From positions 928,001-992,000 of the forward strand of contig OZ246423.1 in assembly GCA_965231215.1 (NCBI GenBank): DNA of 64,000 nt, in the 5' to 3' direction. The notes beneath the pieces are model-generated. The model was not told where the DNA came from, did not search any database, and worked only from the letters and a program-made list of their open reading frames with translations. The stretch is from Candidatus Altimarinota bacterium. GTDB taxonomy: Bacteria; Patescibacteriota; Gracilibacteria; UBA4473. Below, piece after piece: positions 8,899 to 19,312 of this stretch; position 1 is the stretch's first letter; each line of letters starts with the position of its first letter. The translations under genes were made by a program, and so were the position numbers.

Positions 8899-11445
8899 CT
8901 ATTTTTTGTCAATTTTCTTTAGTTCATACCACTTTTCTAAAGCTTCTTTTGGGGACAATTCATCCGGGTTCACTGACTGAACGAAGTTTTCAACTTCAGA
9001 TACTTTTTCAACGACTGGTTCTCGAGGTACTTGAGCAAAGAGATTTGGTTTTCCAGAAAGCAGATTTTCAGATTCTAATCTGGCTAAAACCTCTTTAGCG
9101 TTCTTAATCACTTCCGTTGGAATGCCCGAAAGTTTCGCTACTTCAATCCCAAAACTGTCGGCGATACCTCCTGGTTTTATCTGCCGCAGAAAAACAATCC
9201 CGTTTTTATTTTGGGTGACCGATACCTGAAAGTTTTCTGCTGCACTCAAATCATGAGCCAAATCAATCAGCTCATGATAGTGGGTGGCAAAGAGAGTTTT
9301 TGCCTTAGTTTTATCATGTAAAAATTCCGTGATAGCCCAGGCCAAGGAAATTCCATCAAAAGTAGAAGTTCCTCGGCCAATTTCATCCAAGATAATAAAA
9401 CTTTTGTCAGTTGCAGCATGCAAAATAGTAGCGGTTTCGGTCATTTCTACAAAGAAGGTAGATTTACCAGCTGCTAAGTTATCACTTGCTCCTACACGGG
9501 TAAAAATCCGATCAAAAGTAGACCAGCTCGCTTCACTGGCGGGGACATAACTTCCCATTTGTCCTAGCCAAATAATCAGCGCATTTTGTCTGAGGAAGGT
9601 GGATTTTCCAGCCATGTTGGGACCAGAGATCAAGTGGAAACGTGACCTTTCCCCACACATTCTGAGATCATTGGGAATAAACCTTTCGGTACTCAGATTT
9701 TCTACCACTGGATGTCGACCATCTTTAATCACAAATTTGGTATCAGTCTCGCTAATATTGGGTTTGTGCCATCTTTGAACTTTTGCGGTTCTACTCAAAG
9801 ACTGAATTGCATCTAGAACCCCAATCTGTCGAGCCGCATTTTGGAGCTTGGTGATTTCATTTAAACATGATTCTCGTAGCTCTAAAAAGATTTTATGCTC
9901 AAGAGCAAAGCTTTCACTTTCGGCACTTAACACCTTTTTTTCATAGGTTTCTAGTTCGGGGGTGGTGAATCTTTCGGCATTTACCAATGTTTGGCGACGA
10001 ATCCAAGAATCTGGTGCATTTTCAGCTTGAGCTTTGGATACTTCTAGGCAGAATCCAAAATTTTTGGAATACTTAACCCGTACATTTTGGATACCCGTTT
10101 CGGCCTTTTCGCGATCCAAAAAATCCTGGAGCCAGGCATCAGAGTCCTGACTGAGTTGTTTGAGTTCGTCGAGTCTTTCATTAAAGCCCGTAGCAATCAT
10201 GCCGCCTTCAGTAATTTCTAGAGGAGGATGATCTACTAAGGCGTGGGAAAGTATTTCATGCAAGACTTCAAATCCTTGTAGCGATTGGGCAATATTAAGT
10301 AGGGGGCTGTTAGCGGATTTAACCAGTTCTTTTAGCGGAGAGAAAACCGCTAAACTGTTTCGAACAAAGCTTAAATCCCTAGCGTTCCCTCGACCACTCG
10401 CGAGTCGGGCTAGGATTCTTTCGATATCGCCAATGTTTTTAAGGAAGCTCGGAAGGTCTTGCTGGAATGCTCGGTCATTCAGACATTCTTCCACGGCTTT
10501 AAGGCGGTTGTTTATGCCTTCAGTATTTTTGAGTGGGTAAGCGATTATTTCTCTTAGTTTTCGGCTTCCCATTGGCGTGTAAGGTTTTTCAAAAACCTGA
10601 TAGAGCGAGACTTTTTCAGTAGGGTCAATGGAATCAAAAATTTCTAAATGCCGGAAGGTCTGTCCGTCTAAAGACATTCTATGGCCTGGGGTGTAGTGAT
10701 CAATTTTTTGGATGTGATCTAAATCTGATTTTTGAGTTTCATTCAGATAATTCAAAATCACTGAACTCACTACAATTAAACTAGATAAATGTGCTATTCC
10801 AGAAACCGATAAATGATTTTTTGGGAAGTGATCATTAAGGGTTTTAGTGGCGTCTTTGATGGTTGGAAAAGTCTTTGGAACTATCAAACTTTTGGGGAGT
10901 TTTTTACTAAATTCATCATCCTGAAATTGAAGGATGTCACATAAAATTTCTTTCGGATTTAGACGATAGAGTTCATCAAAAAACGAAATTTCATTTTCAA
11001 ACTGAGCGGTTTTAAAAACCCCTGTAGAGCAATCCGTATAGGCTAAACTGTAAATTCCTTTGTCGAGTAATATCGCCGCCAAAAAATTGTTTTGATCACT
11101 TGGTAAATTCCCACTTTCGAGGGTTGTTCCTGGAGTGATAACACGATCAATGATACGCGAAATTTTACCGTCACGGTCTTCTTTTTGCTCTGCTACAGCG
11201 ACTTTATAGCCCAATTCTACAAGTTTTTCTAAAGGTTGTTTATGCGCATGATGAGGAAATCCTGCCATCGGCATTTCGTTTTCGGTATTTTTATGTCTGG
11301 CAGTCAGCGTCAATCCCAGTAATTTTGAGCACAACACGGCATCTTCAAAAAACAGTTCATAAAAATCTCCCAGACGGAAAAATAAAATCGCGTCTGGATT
11401 TTGAGATTTCAAATCCCAATACTGGCGTTGAACCGGTGTAGACAT
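8899..11445 (-). CDS. mutS: DNA mismatch repair protein MutS
   Basis: FRLGDFYELF, GPNMAGKST, STFFVEM, DEIGRGTST, FATHYHEL. Confidence 0.97.
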   Translation of the reverse strand: MSTPVQRQYWDLKSQNPDAILFFRLGDFYELFFEDAVLCSKLLGLTLTARHKNTENEMPMAGFPHHAHKQPLEKLVELGYKVAVAEQKEDRDGKISRIIDRVITPGTTLESGNLPSDQNNFLAAILLDKGIYSLAYTDCSTGVFKTAQFENEISFFDELYRLNPKEILCDILQFQDDEFSKKLPKSLIVPKTFPTIKDATKTLNDHFPKNHLSVSGIAHLSSLIVVSSVILNYLNETQKSDLDHIQKIDHYTPGHRMSLDGQTFRHLEIFDSIDPTEKVSLYQVFEKPYTPMGSRKLREIIAYPLKNTEGINNRLKAVEECLNDRAFQQDLPSFLKNIGDIERILARLASGRGNARDLSFVRNSLAVFSPLKELVKSANSPLLNIAQSLQGFEVLHEILSHALVDHPPLEITEGGMIATGFNERLDELKQLSQDSDAWLQDFLDREKAETGIQNVRVKYSKNFGFCLEVSKAQAENAPDSWIRRQTLVNAERFTTPELETYEKKVLSAESESFALEHKIFLELRESCLNEITKLQNAARQIGVLDAIQSLSRTAKVQRWHKPNISETDTKFVIKDGRHPVVENLSTERFIPNDLRMCGERSRFHLISGPNMAGKSTFLRQNALIIWLGQMGSYVPASEASWSTFDRIFTRVGASDNLAAGKSTFFVEMTETATILHAATDKSFIILDEIGRGTSTFDGISLAWAITEFLHDKTKAKTLFATHYHELIDLAHDLSAAENFQVSVTQNKNGIVFLRQIKPGGIADSFGIEVAKLSGIPTEVIKNAKEVLARLESENLLSGKPNLFAQVPREPVVEKVSEVENFVQSVNPDELSPKEALEKWYELKKIDKK

Positions 11446-11523
11446 GTGGGTTTAGTGAAAAGATTCTGTAGAAAACCGATTTTTTTTGCAACTGTTTGTT
11501 TGGTTTTGTACATTGGGTTCCGC

Positions 11524-12759
11524 ATGCGTTACTTTTTTTGGCTGTGTCTGCTGTGTATGATTCCTGGACTTTTGATCCGAATTCCGTTTGGTGGAGGAGG
11601 GATTTTGCTCTCCGATATTGTCATACCCGCCTTTGCGGGAATGTGGGTATTTAAAAAATTGTTTTTGGACCAGTTTGTGAAGTTTTCAAAATTTTTGCTT
11701 CCAGGATTTATGTTTGGAGTGGTGGCTTTGCTTAGTTGGATTTGGGGGGCTTGGGATTTAGAATTTAAGGCTCAAGTTTTGTCTTTTTCTTATATTGTGC
11801 GATTTATTTCGATTCTGGTTCTGGCTTGGGCGGCTTCAGAAATGGTGCAAAAAAAAGCAGAAATAGAACCTTTCTTCTACAAGATTTTTGCGATTGTTGG
11901 GATTATTATTTTGACGGGATATATACAGTTTTTTGTATACCCAGATATTTCTAAATTCTCCACGGTGGGAGGATTTGACCCACATACGGGGAGGCTTCTT
12001 GGTACGTGGATGGATCCCAATTTTGTAGCGGGGTTGTTAGGCTTTTTCCTCCCCTTGATGTGCGCTGTGTGGTATGAAACTAAGTCTCAAAAGAATAAAA
12101 TTATCCTCGGGGGATTCATTGTATGCTGTCTGTATGCGCTCTTTTTAACCTTTTCACGAAGTGGATATTTAGCCGCGATGGGAGGCCTTGGGTTATTCTT
12201 TTTATTCCGAGATCCTAAGATTATTTTAGTGGGCATTATTGTGGCAACCCTGGGACTGGCGAGCAATGAGCGAGCGCAAAAACGAGTGGGTCAGCTGGCT
12301 GGGACACTCGCGGCGGTACTCTTCCAGGAAACCGATGAAGTGGATGCTACCGCTAAACTGCGGGTAGAGAGTTGGAGCAAAAGCCTCACGCTTTTTGAAA
12401 AATACCCAGTGCTCGGAATTGGATACAACACCTACCGGTATCGGGCAGCCGAAGAGGGAATTGTGGATGAAACCTATTTTTCTGCGGGAGGATCTGATTC
12501 TACTTTACTCACAGTGTTGGTCACGACTGGTATTATAGGATTTTTAGTTTTCATGTGGTTTTATTGGTCTCTCTGGATTCGTCATTTTTTGATATATTGG
12601 TCTACAAAGCACAGTTTGCATTTAGGATTTGTAGCCGGCTGGTCGGCAATATTAGTGCACAGTGTATTTGTAAATTCACTACTATTTCCGCTGATTTTTA
12701 TGCCCATTTTAGTTGTATTGGCGGTACTGGAATCTACCAGTAGCCTAAAAGAGGAGTAA
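11524..12759 (+). CDS. O-antigen ligase/polymerase-family membrane protein
   Basis: Multi-TM protein with RLLGTWMDPN, LTFSRSGY, R..SW, PVLGIGYN. ATG at 11524 avoids the overlap with mutS. Confidence 0.85.
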   Translation: MRYFFWLCLLCMIPGLLIRIPFGGGGILLSDIVIPAFAGMWVFKKLFLDQFVKFSKFLLPGFMFGVVALLSWIWGAWDLEFKAQVLSFSYIVRFISILVLAWAASEMVQKKAEIEPFFYKIFAIVGIIILTGYIQFFVYPDISKFSTVGGFDPHTGRLLGTWMDPNFVAGLLGFFLPLMCAVWYETKSQKNKIILGGFIVCCLYALFLTFSRSGYLAAMGGLGLFFLFRDPKIILVGIIVATLGLASNERAQKRVGQLAGTLAAVLFQETDEVDATAKLRVESWSKSLTLFEKYPVLGIGYNTYRYRAAEEGIVDETYFSAGGSDSTLLTVLVTTGIIGFLVFMWFYWSLWIRHFLIYWSTKHSLHLGFVAGWSAILVHSVFVNSLLFPLIFMPILVVLAVLESTSSLKEE

Positions 12760-12915
12760 GGCTTTATTAACTTCCCCCAAATGCATTCCTCATAGAAGGC
12801 TAGACTATGGTTCCTTAAAATTTTTGCTGATGCCGTATTTTGACTCTTTTTTAAGGAGGCCCCTGAGCCTGAAAATATGGGTGACAAGTTTTTTGGTTCA
12901 AAGAGCGTTAAGGGA

Positions 12916-12944
12916 TTGAAAATATACCCACTACGATTTACAAT
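12916..12944 (+). promoter_or_regulatory. Sigma70-type promoter, leaderless configuration
   Basis: TTGAAA-N17-TACAAT, then 6 nt to ATG 12951. Confidence 0.6.
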
Positions 12945-12950
12945 CGAATT

Positions 12951-14738
12951 ATGTGGCGGATAATAGGGTTTTTGCTCGTGGTTGGAGGCATATTTGGTCT
13001 AAGCCAAGAAGTTCTCAATAACCAAATCCCAAAGTGGAAATCTACCACTATTTCTTTGGTGCAAGAAGCCCAGAATGCGCAACTGGACAGAGACGCCTGG
13101 AAAGAATTAAACGTTCGAGTACGCGAGGAACTCCCTTGGTTTTATCCGTTTTCACGGATGCGTTCACTGTTCGCAGAAGGGGAGTATATGGTGCATTTGG
13201 TACATGAAGCGCAGCATAATTTTTCAATTAATTTTTCATTCGAGGATCGCACTATGAGCACAAGAGATCTAGAAAAGGTCTTTTGGTTTTTGGCGCAAAC
13301 AGAAGTTTCGATTGATAATATTTTGTATGACTTGAGGGCTTTGCCTACCTGGCTTTTAGAGCCCGAAGAACTAAAAATTTTTCAGTCTCAAGTAGCGTGG
13401 CTGGAGTACCTGCAAGATCAGTTGCAAGATGCTCAGCGCTTTGAAAAAATTTTTCAACGGTTCGTAAAAGACAAAGAAAGAGTTTTAATTTTGCTGCAAA
13501 ACCAAAATGAACCCAGATCTACCGGTGGGTTTGCTGGAAGTTTAGTATTGCTCGACTTTGACAAAGATAAAATTACCTGGGAGTTTTTGGATATATATGC
13601 GTTAGACCGTTTGGTGCCTGGAGAAGTTCAGCCAGCCGCTCCAGCATTTTTTCACGACCTTTCCAAAACCATTTCGCTCAGAGATGCTAACTTTTGGCCT
13701 GACTTCAGGCAAAGTGCTCAGAGCTATCGGTTTTTCTTTGATGCTATAGGTGAGCGTCCTCCTAAAACCGTTGTAGGAATAAACCTCAATAGCATTGAAG
13801 AAGTACTTAAACTCACCGGCCCTGTAACCCTTGATAAATGGGGATTAGAACTCAATCAGCATAATTTTGATACGATGCTTCAGTTTTTAGTGGAGTCTAA
13901 AATTACAGGACGTTATAACGTAAAAGCCCCGGTAGAAATTTTTGGCTCTCAGTTGTTTTCGCCTGAAAGTATGGCCAGGATTTCCTGGCAAGACTGGCAG
14001 CGTTTTAATCTCAAAGCATTTTTACAGGCAAAAAATATACTGGCACATTCTCAAAATATCCAACTCCAAAAACTATTTGAAAAGTGGGGAATCGATGGCC
14101 AAATTCGCCCAAAAGGTGACGCTGACAACTTTATTCACTTTGATTTTATTTCTATCGGTGCTAACAAATCTGAAAAATTTATGTGGACTAAACTGCATCA
14201 TGACAGCGAGATTTTGTCTGATGGAAGAGTCTTGAACACGCTTGATATCAAAAGAACTCATGCCCTTCGAGCAGGAGAACTCAATGACTTACTAGGAACC
14301 AATACGATGCCCCCAAATGTAAAAGATCTCATTACAGAAGACCTTTGGTGGAAACTGGGAGCGGGCCAAAATAGAACCATTATGCGTGTCTGGGTTCCAG
14401 CAGGCAGTCAGCTTGTAGATCAGGTAAATCCAAGTGGAGGGATAAACGTAAATACAGATTTTGAGGGCTTTACGGTCTTTGAAATACCTCTGTTTGTGGT
14501 GCCCAGCGAAACGGTAAACGTAACACTGAAGTATCAGACTCAGATTGATCGTGGAGCGAGTAATTGGCGTCCGTATTTCTTGGAGCTTTTAGGGACTCCA
14601 GGGAAAGATAAAACAGCATTTATAGCGAGTATTTCTACAGGCTCAAAAGGGGCTTTTAGTGCAGAAACTCAAAACATAGGCAAACCTCAAGATTTGGTCG
14701 ACTCAGACTTTAGAGCCGTTGTGGAATTTGAAAATTGA
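12951..14738 (+). CDS. DUF4012-domain protein
   Basis: LILLQNQNEPRSTGGFAGS, LRDANFWPDF, GANKSE. N-terminal anchor. Confidence 0.85.
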   Translation: MWRIIGFLLVVGGIFGLSQEVLNNQIPKWKSTTISLVQEAQNAQLDRDAWKELNVRVREELPWFYPFSRMRSLFAEGEYMVHLVHEAQHNFSINFSFEDRTMSTRDLEKVFWFLAQTEVSIDNILYDLRALPTWLLEPEELKIFQSQVAWLEYLQDQLQDAQRFEKIFQRFVKDKERVLILLQNQNEPRSTGGFAGSLVLLDFDKDKITWEFLDIYALDRLVPGEVQPAAPAFFHDLSKTISLRDANFWPDFRQSAQSYRFFFDAIGERPPKTVVGINLNSIEEVLKLTGPVTLDKWGLELNQHNFDTMLQFLVESKITGRYNVKAPVEIFGSQLFSPESMARISWQDWQRFNLKAFLQAKNILAHSQNIQLQKLFEKWGIDGQIRPKGDADNFIHFDFISIGANKSEKFMWTKLHHDSEILSDGRVLNTLDIKRTHALRAGELNDLLGTNTMPPNVKDLITEDLWWKLGAGQNRTIMRVWVPAGSQLVDQVNPSGGINVNTDFEGFTVFEIPLFVVPSETVNVTLKYQTQIDRGASNWRPYFLELLGTPGKDKTAFIASISTGSKGAFSAETQNIGKPQDLVDSDFRAVVEFEN

Positions 14739-14741
14739 TAG

Positions 14742-14852
14742 TGCCATAGCGAGGCTTGTTTATTTTTAACTCAATGACCAGGAAATCTACTTCCTAAAAG
14801 GAGATTGCCGCCCTTTTTTTAACTTAGATTTTTACTTCGTTACACAATCACA
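14742..14852. repeat. Degenerate ~110-bp palindromic element (RPE/MITE-like), copy 1
   Basis: TGCCATAGCGAGG...GACCAGGAAATCT-acTTCCTAAAag-GAGATTGCCGC...CACAATCACA. Same layout and length as 18074-18182. Confidence 0.45.
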
Positions 14853-14894
14853 GAGAGTTGTGTTTTTTATGTTTCTCCCTACATTACTCATCGT

Positions 14895-15848
14895 ATGTTA
14901 GAGTTATTGATTCTCGCTTTTATGTCGCCAGAGGCCCAAGAATTCTTTGGACAACTTCCGTCAGGGAGTCGCGCAGGGATTGAAGTTTTAGAACCAGCAG
15001 AGCTCCCCCAAAAAAAAGAAAACAAGCTCGCTCCAGAACTCTTAAATGATCCCTATCTGGCTATTTTTGCTAAAGATATAAATTCAGGAAAAACTTTATT
15101 TGCTCATAACGTAGATAAAGCTCAGCCCATTGCGAGTCTAACCAAAATTATGACCTATTTAGTCATTCGTGAAAATTTTGACCTAGATGAGGTTGTCTCA
15201 ATCCCTCTAGAAGCTACCCGTATAGAAGGTGCTAAAGCCGGACTTTATGCCTACGAAAAAATGACAATCAGAACTCTTTTAGAAGCTATTTTGATTCCTT
15301 CTGGAAATGATGCAGCGGTGGCTTTGGCCATTGCCGACAGCGGAACAGAAGAAGTCTTTGCACAAAAAATGAACCAAAAGGCCCGTGATCTAGGTCTGGA
15401 TTCAGCCCAGTTTTATAACGCTACCGGATTGGATATCCTAGAAGCCCCAAGAGAATGCGTGATTTCAGAGAATATTGAAGACTGTGATGCCTCTGAAGTT
15501 GAGGTATACGGCAACAAAATGTCGGTCCGTGAAGCGCTGATGATGGCTCAGATAGCCCTGCAGGATGACTTTTTTAGGGAAACGGTTCAAAAAGATACGT
15601 TTTATGGAGAATCGGCAGACCAAAAATTCGTTCATGAAAAGAAATCTACCAACCAACTGCTTGGAGCTTTTATAAATTCTAAAGGCGTTAAAACAGGGTA
15701 CACAAATCTAGCAGGGCAGTGTTTTATTAACCTATCGGTAGATGAAGAGGGAAGAGAAATTTTAACCGCAGTACTGGGTTCTTCCGATAGATTCGGGGAG
15801 ACCAAAAAATTGATGCACTGGATTTGGGAAAGTTTTACCTGGAGATAA
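14895..15848 (+). CDS. D-Ala-D-Ala carboxypeptidase (peptidase S11)
   Basis: Catalytic motifs SxxK (ASLTK), SGN, KTG. Confidence 0.92.
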   Translation: MLELLILAFMSPEAQEFFGQLPSGSRAGIEVLEPAELPQKKENKLAPELLNDPYLAIFAKDINSGKTLFAHNVDKAQPIASLTKIMTYLVIRENFDLDEVVSIPLEATRIEGAKAGLYAYEKMTIRTLLEAILIPSGNDAAVALAIADSGTEEVFAQKMNQKARDLGLDSAQFYNATGLDILEAPRECVISENIEDCDASEVEVYGNKMSVREALMMAQIALQDDFFRETVQKDTFYGESADQKFVHEKKSTNQLLGAFINSKGVKTGYTNLAGQCFINLSVDEEGREILTAVLGSSDRFGETKKLMHWIWESFTWR

Positions 15849-15997
15849 AAAATTTCAAATGCGTATAAATAAAAATACGCTTATTTTAAAAATCACTTTG
15901 TTCCTCGAACTTTTCGTTTTTTATTCTCCAGACTCTGCTAGTTTTTATTTAGATATGGCAAATCATCTTTTTTTCTCTTCCAAAAACGCATTTTTTC

Positions 15998-16006
15998 TGC
16001 TATAAT
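15998..16006 (+). promoter_or_regulatory. Extended -10 promoter of the pilin pair
   Basis: TGCTATAAT 20 nt upstream of ATG 16027. Confidence 0.55.
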
Positions 16007-16026
16007 AATGTGATTTAAATAGTTTC

Positions 16027-16455
16027 ATGAAACATTTATTCGCCCTTTGTGCCTTCTTTCTGACTTCAATTGCAGCACTGCAAGTAAGTCCTCCTGTAGT
16101 GCATGAAGCTGAAGCTTTTCATGTGAAAATGTCTGTAGCCGCTTACGTTAGGGGGAGCGATAGATTCCAAATTGGTCTACTCTCTGTAGGGAGTGAAGCT
16201 GGACTAGAATTTGGAACCGCTAGTCCACGAGATATTGTGTGGAGAGCGATTCGAATTATGGCTAGTATTGCCGGTACTCTGGCTATTTTGCTCTATATTG
16301 TGGGAGCGTATTTTATTATTATTTCACAGGGGAATGAGACCCAATTTCAAAAGGGAAGAGATGTTATACTCTATACCTCGTTAGGGGTAATACTGGTCTT
16401 TACCGCCTACATTATTGTACAGTTTACTCTTGGTATTATTTTCTTCGCAGGCTAA
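16027..16455 (+). CDS. CPR-type VirB2/TrbC-like pilin
   Basis: Signal peptide, then TM-(GNETQFQKGRDVI)-TM hairpin. Confidence 0.75.
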   Translation: MKHLFALCAFFLTSIAALQVSPPVVHEAEAFHVKMSVAAYVRGSDRFQIGLLSVGSEAGLEFGTASPRDIVWRAIRIMASIAGTLAILLYIVGAYFIIISQGNETQFQKGRDVILYTSLGVILVFTAYIIVQFTLGIIFFAG

Positions 16456-16823
16456 TGAAAAACTATGGCATGATTTCCGCTTTCCTACTGATGTTCATTG
16501 TGGCAATGATGCCCGAACTAGTAGCCGCTTATACGGTAAAACTTCAAGAACCAATTGCGGGGGTAAGTTCGGTGAGTGGAGGAAATGGTTTTGATCTCAT
16601 CAAAAAATATATTTCTCTGATCTACCGATTCTTTGCTTCTCTTATAGGGATTACCGCAGTACTTATGATTGTATTTGCAGGAACTCAGATTATCTTTGGA
16701 GGAGCGGAACAAGGGTTAGTTCAAGATGCGAAAGAAAGGATTAGAAATGCTATTCTGAGTTTGATTCTGCTTTTTGGTACCGCGTTACTGCTTAAAACGG
16801 TTAATCCTCAATTCTTCAACTAA
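16455..16823 (+). CDS. CPR-type VirB2/TrbC-like pilin
   Basis: AVLMIVFAG...AKERIRNAILSLILL...LLKTVNP signature. Confidence 0.8.
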   Translation: MKNYGMISAFLLMFIVAMMPELVAAYTVKLQEPIAGVSSVSGGNGFDLIKKYISLIYRFFASLIGITAVLMIVFAGTQIIFGGAEQGLVQDAKERIRNAILSLILLFGTALLLKTVNPQFFN

Positions 16824-16850
16824 AAGTCCCTAGTTTTGAGTATTTTTTCG

Positions 16851-18059
16851 TTAAAACTTTAAAGCTTCCCCTGAAGCACCACCCTGGATACTACCGTCAA
16901 AAACCACCTGTCCTTTTAGCCAGGTTTTTTCAGTGAGCCCTTTAATGGGCCATCCTTCAAAAGGTGTCCATCGACATTTAGAAAATAATTTTTCAGCTTC
17001 AACGCTCCGTTCTACCTTCGGATCAAGCAAGAAACAATCAGCATCATATCCTGATTTAATGAGTCCTTTTTTGTCTTTCACATTAAAAGTCTGGAAAGTT
17101 TTGAGTGAGGTCATCGCTGATAGTTGTTTCAGATCGTATCCACGATTTACAAATTCGGTATAGAGCAACGGGAAAAAGGTTTCTACTCCAGGAATTCCAT
17201 AAAAGATTTGGTCCGATAACTTTTCTTCTCGAGTATGAGGGGCGTGATCGGTTGCAAAGAAATCCATCGTTCCGTCCTCTACGGCTTCCCACATAGCTTC
17301 AAGGTCATCGTGAGTCGCTAGCTCAGGTTTCATACAGCAAAAAGCGCCGTGTTTCATTCGGTCTTCATGCGTCATAAATAGATGATGTGGGCACACTTCA
17401 ATAGAAATTTTATCTTTGAGTTCTGGATCTTTTTTAATTTTTCGGACTAGTTCTACTTCATTCCTTAGACTGGCATGACAGAGGTGTAGTTGGCATGGAG
17501 CTTTTTCTTCTAACCAAATTTCGACAGCTCTGTGAAACACTGGCCCTTCTGCATGTAAAGCCACTTTTTTACCCACGTTAAATATCTCTCTCCATCTAGA
17601 TTCATCATCCATTTTGAGGTTTCCGGTTGTGGTATTGAGATAGAGTTTGGTCCCTGGGACTTGTTCTACAGCTTCAATTTCAGTTTGGTTGTCTGGCCCA
17701 GCTCCAAAATAAAATCCATAGTGCGCATGAGATTTTTTAGCTCCCAGGGCTTTTTTATCCGCGAGTAATTCACGGGTAAAGGTGGGAGGGTCGGTGTTGG
17801 GCATATCAAAAAAAGCAGTTACGCCCGCAGAAATGGCAGCCTGCGAGCCACTCTTTAAGTCTTCTTTGTATTCAAATCCTGGGTCTCGAAAGTGGACGTG
17901 AGGATCAATACATCCTGGGAATAGTATTTTTCCACTTCCATCAAGGGTTGCATACGCACCGTCTAGGGAGTCTACAAATATACCATCAGCTATATAAATA
18001 TCTTTTACTTCATCGGTGTGAGCATCGATGACACGGACGTTTTGGATTAGATAATTCAT
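16851..18059 (-). CDS. pyrC: Dihydroorotase
   Basis: DPHVHFRDPG, DMPNT, HAE, EVCPHHL, TDHAPH. Adjacent to pyrB. Confidence 0.92.
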   Translation of the reverse strand: MNYLIQNVRVIDAHTDEVKDIYIADGIFVDSLDGAYATLDGSGKILFPGCIDPHVHFRDPGFEYKEDLKSGSQAAISAGVTAFFDMPNTDPPTFTRELLADKKALGAKKSHAHYGFYFGAGPDNQTEIEAVEQVPGTKLYLNTTTGNLKMDDESRWREIFNVGKKVALHAEGPVFHRAVEIWLEEKAPCQLHLCHASLRNEVELVRKIKKDPELKDKISIEVCPHHLFMTHEDRMKHGAFCCMKPELATHDDLEAMWEAVEDGTMDFFATDHAPHTREEKLSDQIFYGIPGVETFFPLLYTEFVNRGYDLKQLSAMTSLKTFQTFNVKDKKGLIKSGYDADCFLLDPKVERSVEAEKLFSKCRWTPFEGWPIKGLTEKTWLKGQVVFDGSIQGGASGEALKF

Positions 18060-18073
18060 TAGTTACATTTTTA

Positions 18074-18182
18074 TGTCATTGAGAGCGAATGTAAAAATTA
18101 AATTCAGAAAAAGCCTGGCAAGCTTTCCTAAATGAGATAGCTTCGTCATTTTGCAGTACATTAAACAAGCTTCGTAATGACA
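18074..18182. repeat. Degenerate ~110-bp palindromic element (RPE/MITE-like), copy 2
   Basis: TGTCATTGAGAGC...CCTGGCAAGCT-TTCCTAAAT-GAGATAGCTTCGTC...TTCGTAATGACA. Terminal inverted repeat TGTCATT/AATGACA. Confidence 0.5.
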
Positions 18183-18206
18183 GTTAAGGGCCAATTTCTA
18201 AGGGGT

Positions 18207-19109
18207 TTAAATTAACTCCAATCCTCGAGCAATCAAGGCCATTCTGATGGGGACTCCATTTCGGGCTTGTTCAAAGTATTTGGCTTGAGGAAGTGAGTCT
18301 ACCTCAAATTTTATTTCATCTACTCTTGGTAGTGGATGCATCAAAATAGCATTTGATTTCATTTTGCTTACTTTTTCTTTGTCAAAACAAAAGGCATTTT
18401 TATGACGCTCGTATACTGCAGGATCTAATCTTTCTTTTTGGATTCTGGTATCATAAATTATATCCGAAGTTTCTAAGATATTGTCAGTAAGTTCAAAATA
18501 TTTAGTGTCAGTTTTTGGGTCAAAATATTTATCTGGAATTTGAATTTCTTCTGGAGCCACAAAATTGACGGTAATACCTGGGAATTTTTTTATTAGCTGA
18601 GAACTAGAGTGAACAGTTCGCCCGGTTATAAGCTCTCCAACATAAGTGACCGTAAGGGGATCTTCTCCGAGGCGGAAGTGTTTAAATATGGTATATAAAT
18701 CCAAAAGACCTTGTGTAGGATGTTCGGCAGGACCATCTCCAGCGTTAATTACTGGTACCCCAGAGTGATCAGCTATAACTTTTGCGTCTCCGGCATTTTT
18801 AGATCTAACGGCTATAATATCTGCGTATCCACCAACCATGGTGGCCGTATCCTGTAAAGCCTCCCCTTTGGCTTGAGAAGAAAATGTTACGTCAGTTTCA
18901 GAAATAACCCCTCCGCCAAGTCTGTGCATAGCCGCTTCAAAACTCAGTCTAGTTCGAGTAGAGGGTTCATAAAAAAGAGCCGCTAAGATTTTTCCTTTAG
19001 CCATCTCAGAACCTCCTTTTAGGAGTATTTCATCCATCTCTGTGGCTTGGGCCAAAATTTGCTTGAGTTCAGTATGGTCAAATTGTCCGGCAGCAAGTAC
19101 ATGTTGCAT
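18207..19109 (-). CDS. pyrB: Aspartate carbamoyltransferase catalytic subunit
   Basis: FYEPSTRTRLSF, NAGDG, HPTQ, RTVHS, RIQKER, MHPLPR. Confidence 0.96.
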   Translation of the reverse strand: MQHVLAAGQFDHTELKQILAQATEMDEILLKGGSEMAKGKILAALFYEPSTRTRLSFEAAMHRLGGGVISETDVTFSSQAKGEALQDTATMVGGYADIIAVRSKNAGDAKVIADHSGVPVINAGDGPAEHPTQGLLDLYTIFKHFRLGEDPLTVTYVGELITGRTVHSSSQLIKKFPGITVNFVAPEEIQIPDKYFDPKTDTKYFELTDNILETSDIIYDTRIQKERLDPAVYERHKNAFCFDKEKVSKMKSNAILMHPLPRVDEIKFEVDSLPQAKYFEQARNGVPIRMALIARGLELI

Positions 19110-19249
19110 TTGTAGGAAGTGAAATTTTATCTGAATAATCCTACTCTATTTTTAAAACCCTTCAACCCTCTTCTTTTTGACTTTTAAACTGTATCACTTT
19201 CACATTGACAATTATGCACATAAAAGTACTTTTCGGCCACATATTTACT

Positions 19250-19291
19250 ATTTGTTCGGGATATAAGCGCCATCTCTGGCCTCCGACGAAT
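19250..19291 (+). promoter_or_regulatory. Structured 5' leader of rplU (possible L21-leader-like RNA)
   Basis: Outer stem ATTTGTTCGGG/TCCGACGAAT encloses TATAAGC plus a GCCA-TCTC-TGGC hairpin. TTGACA at 19205 upstream. Confidence 0.35.
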
Positions 19292-19312
19292 GTTTCTTAA
19301 CCTCATTACATA

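Noticed and set aside
12760-12900. Possible third palindromic element in the intergenic gap
   Set aside because: The inverted-repeat match is too weak to support by eye
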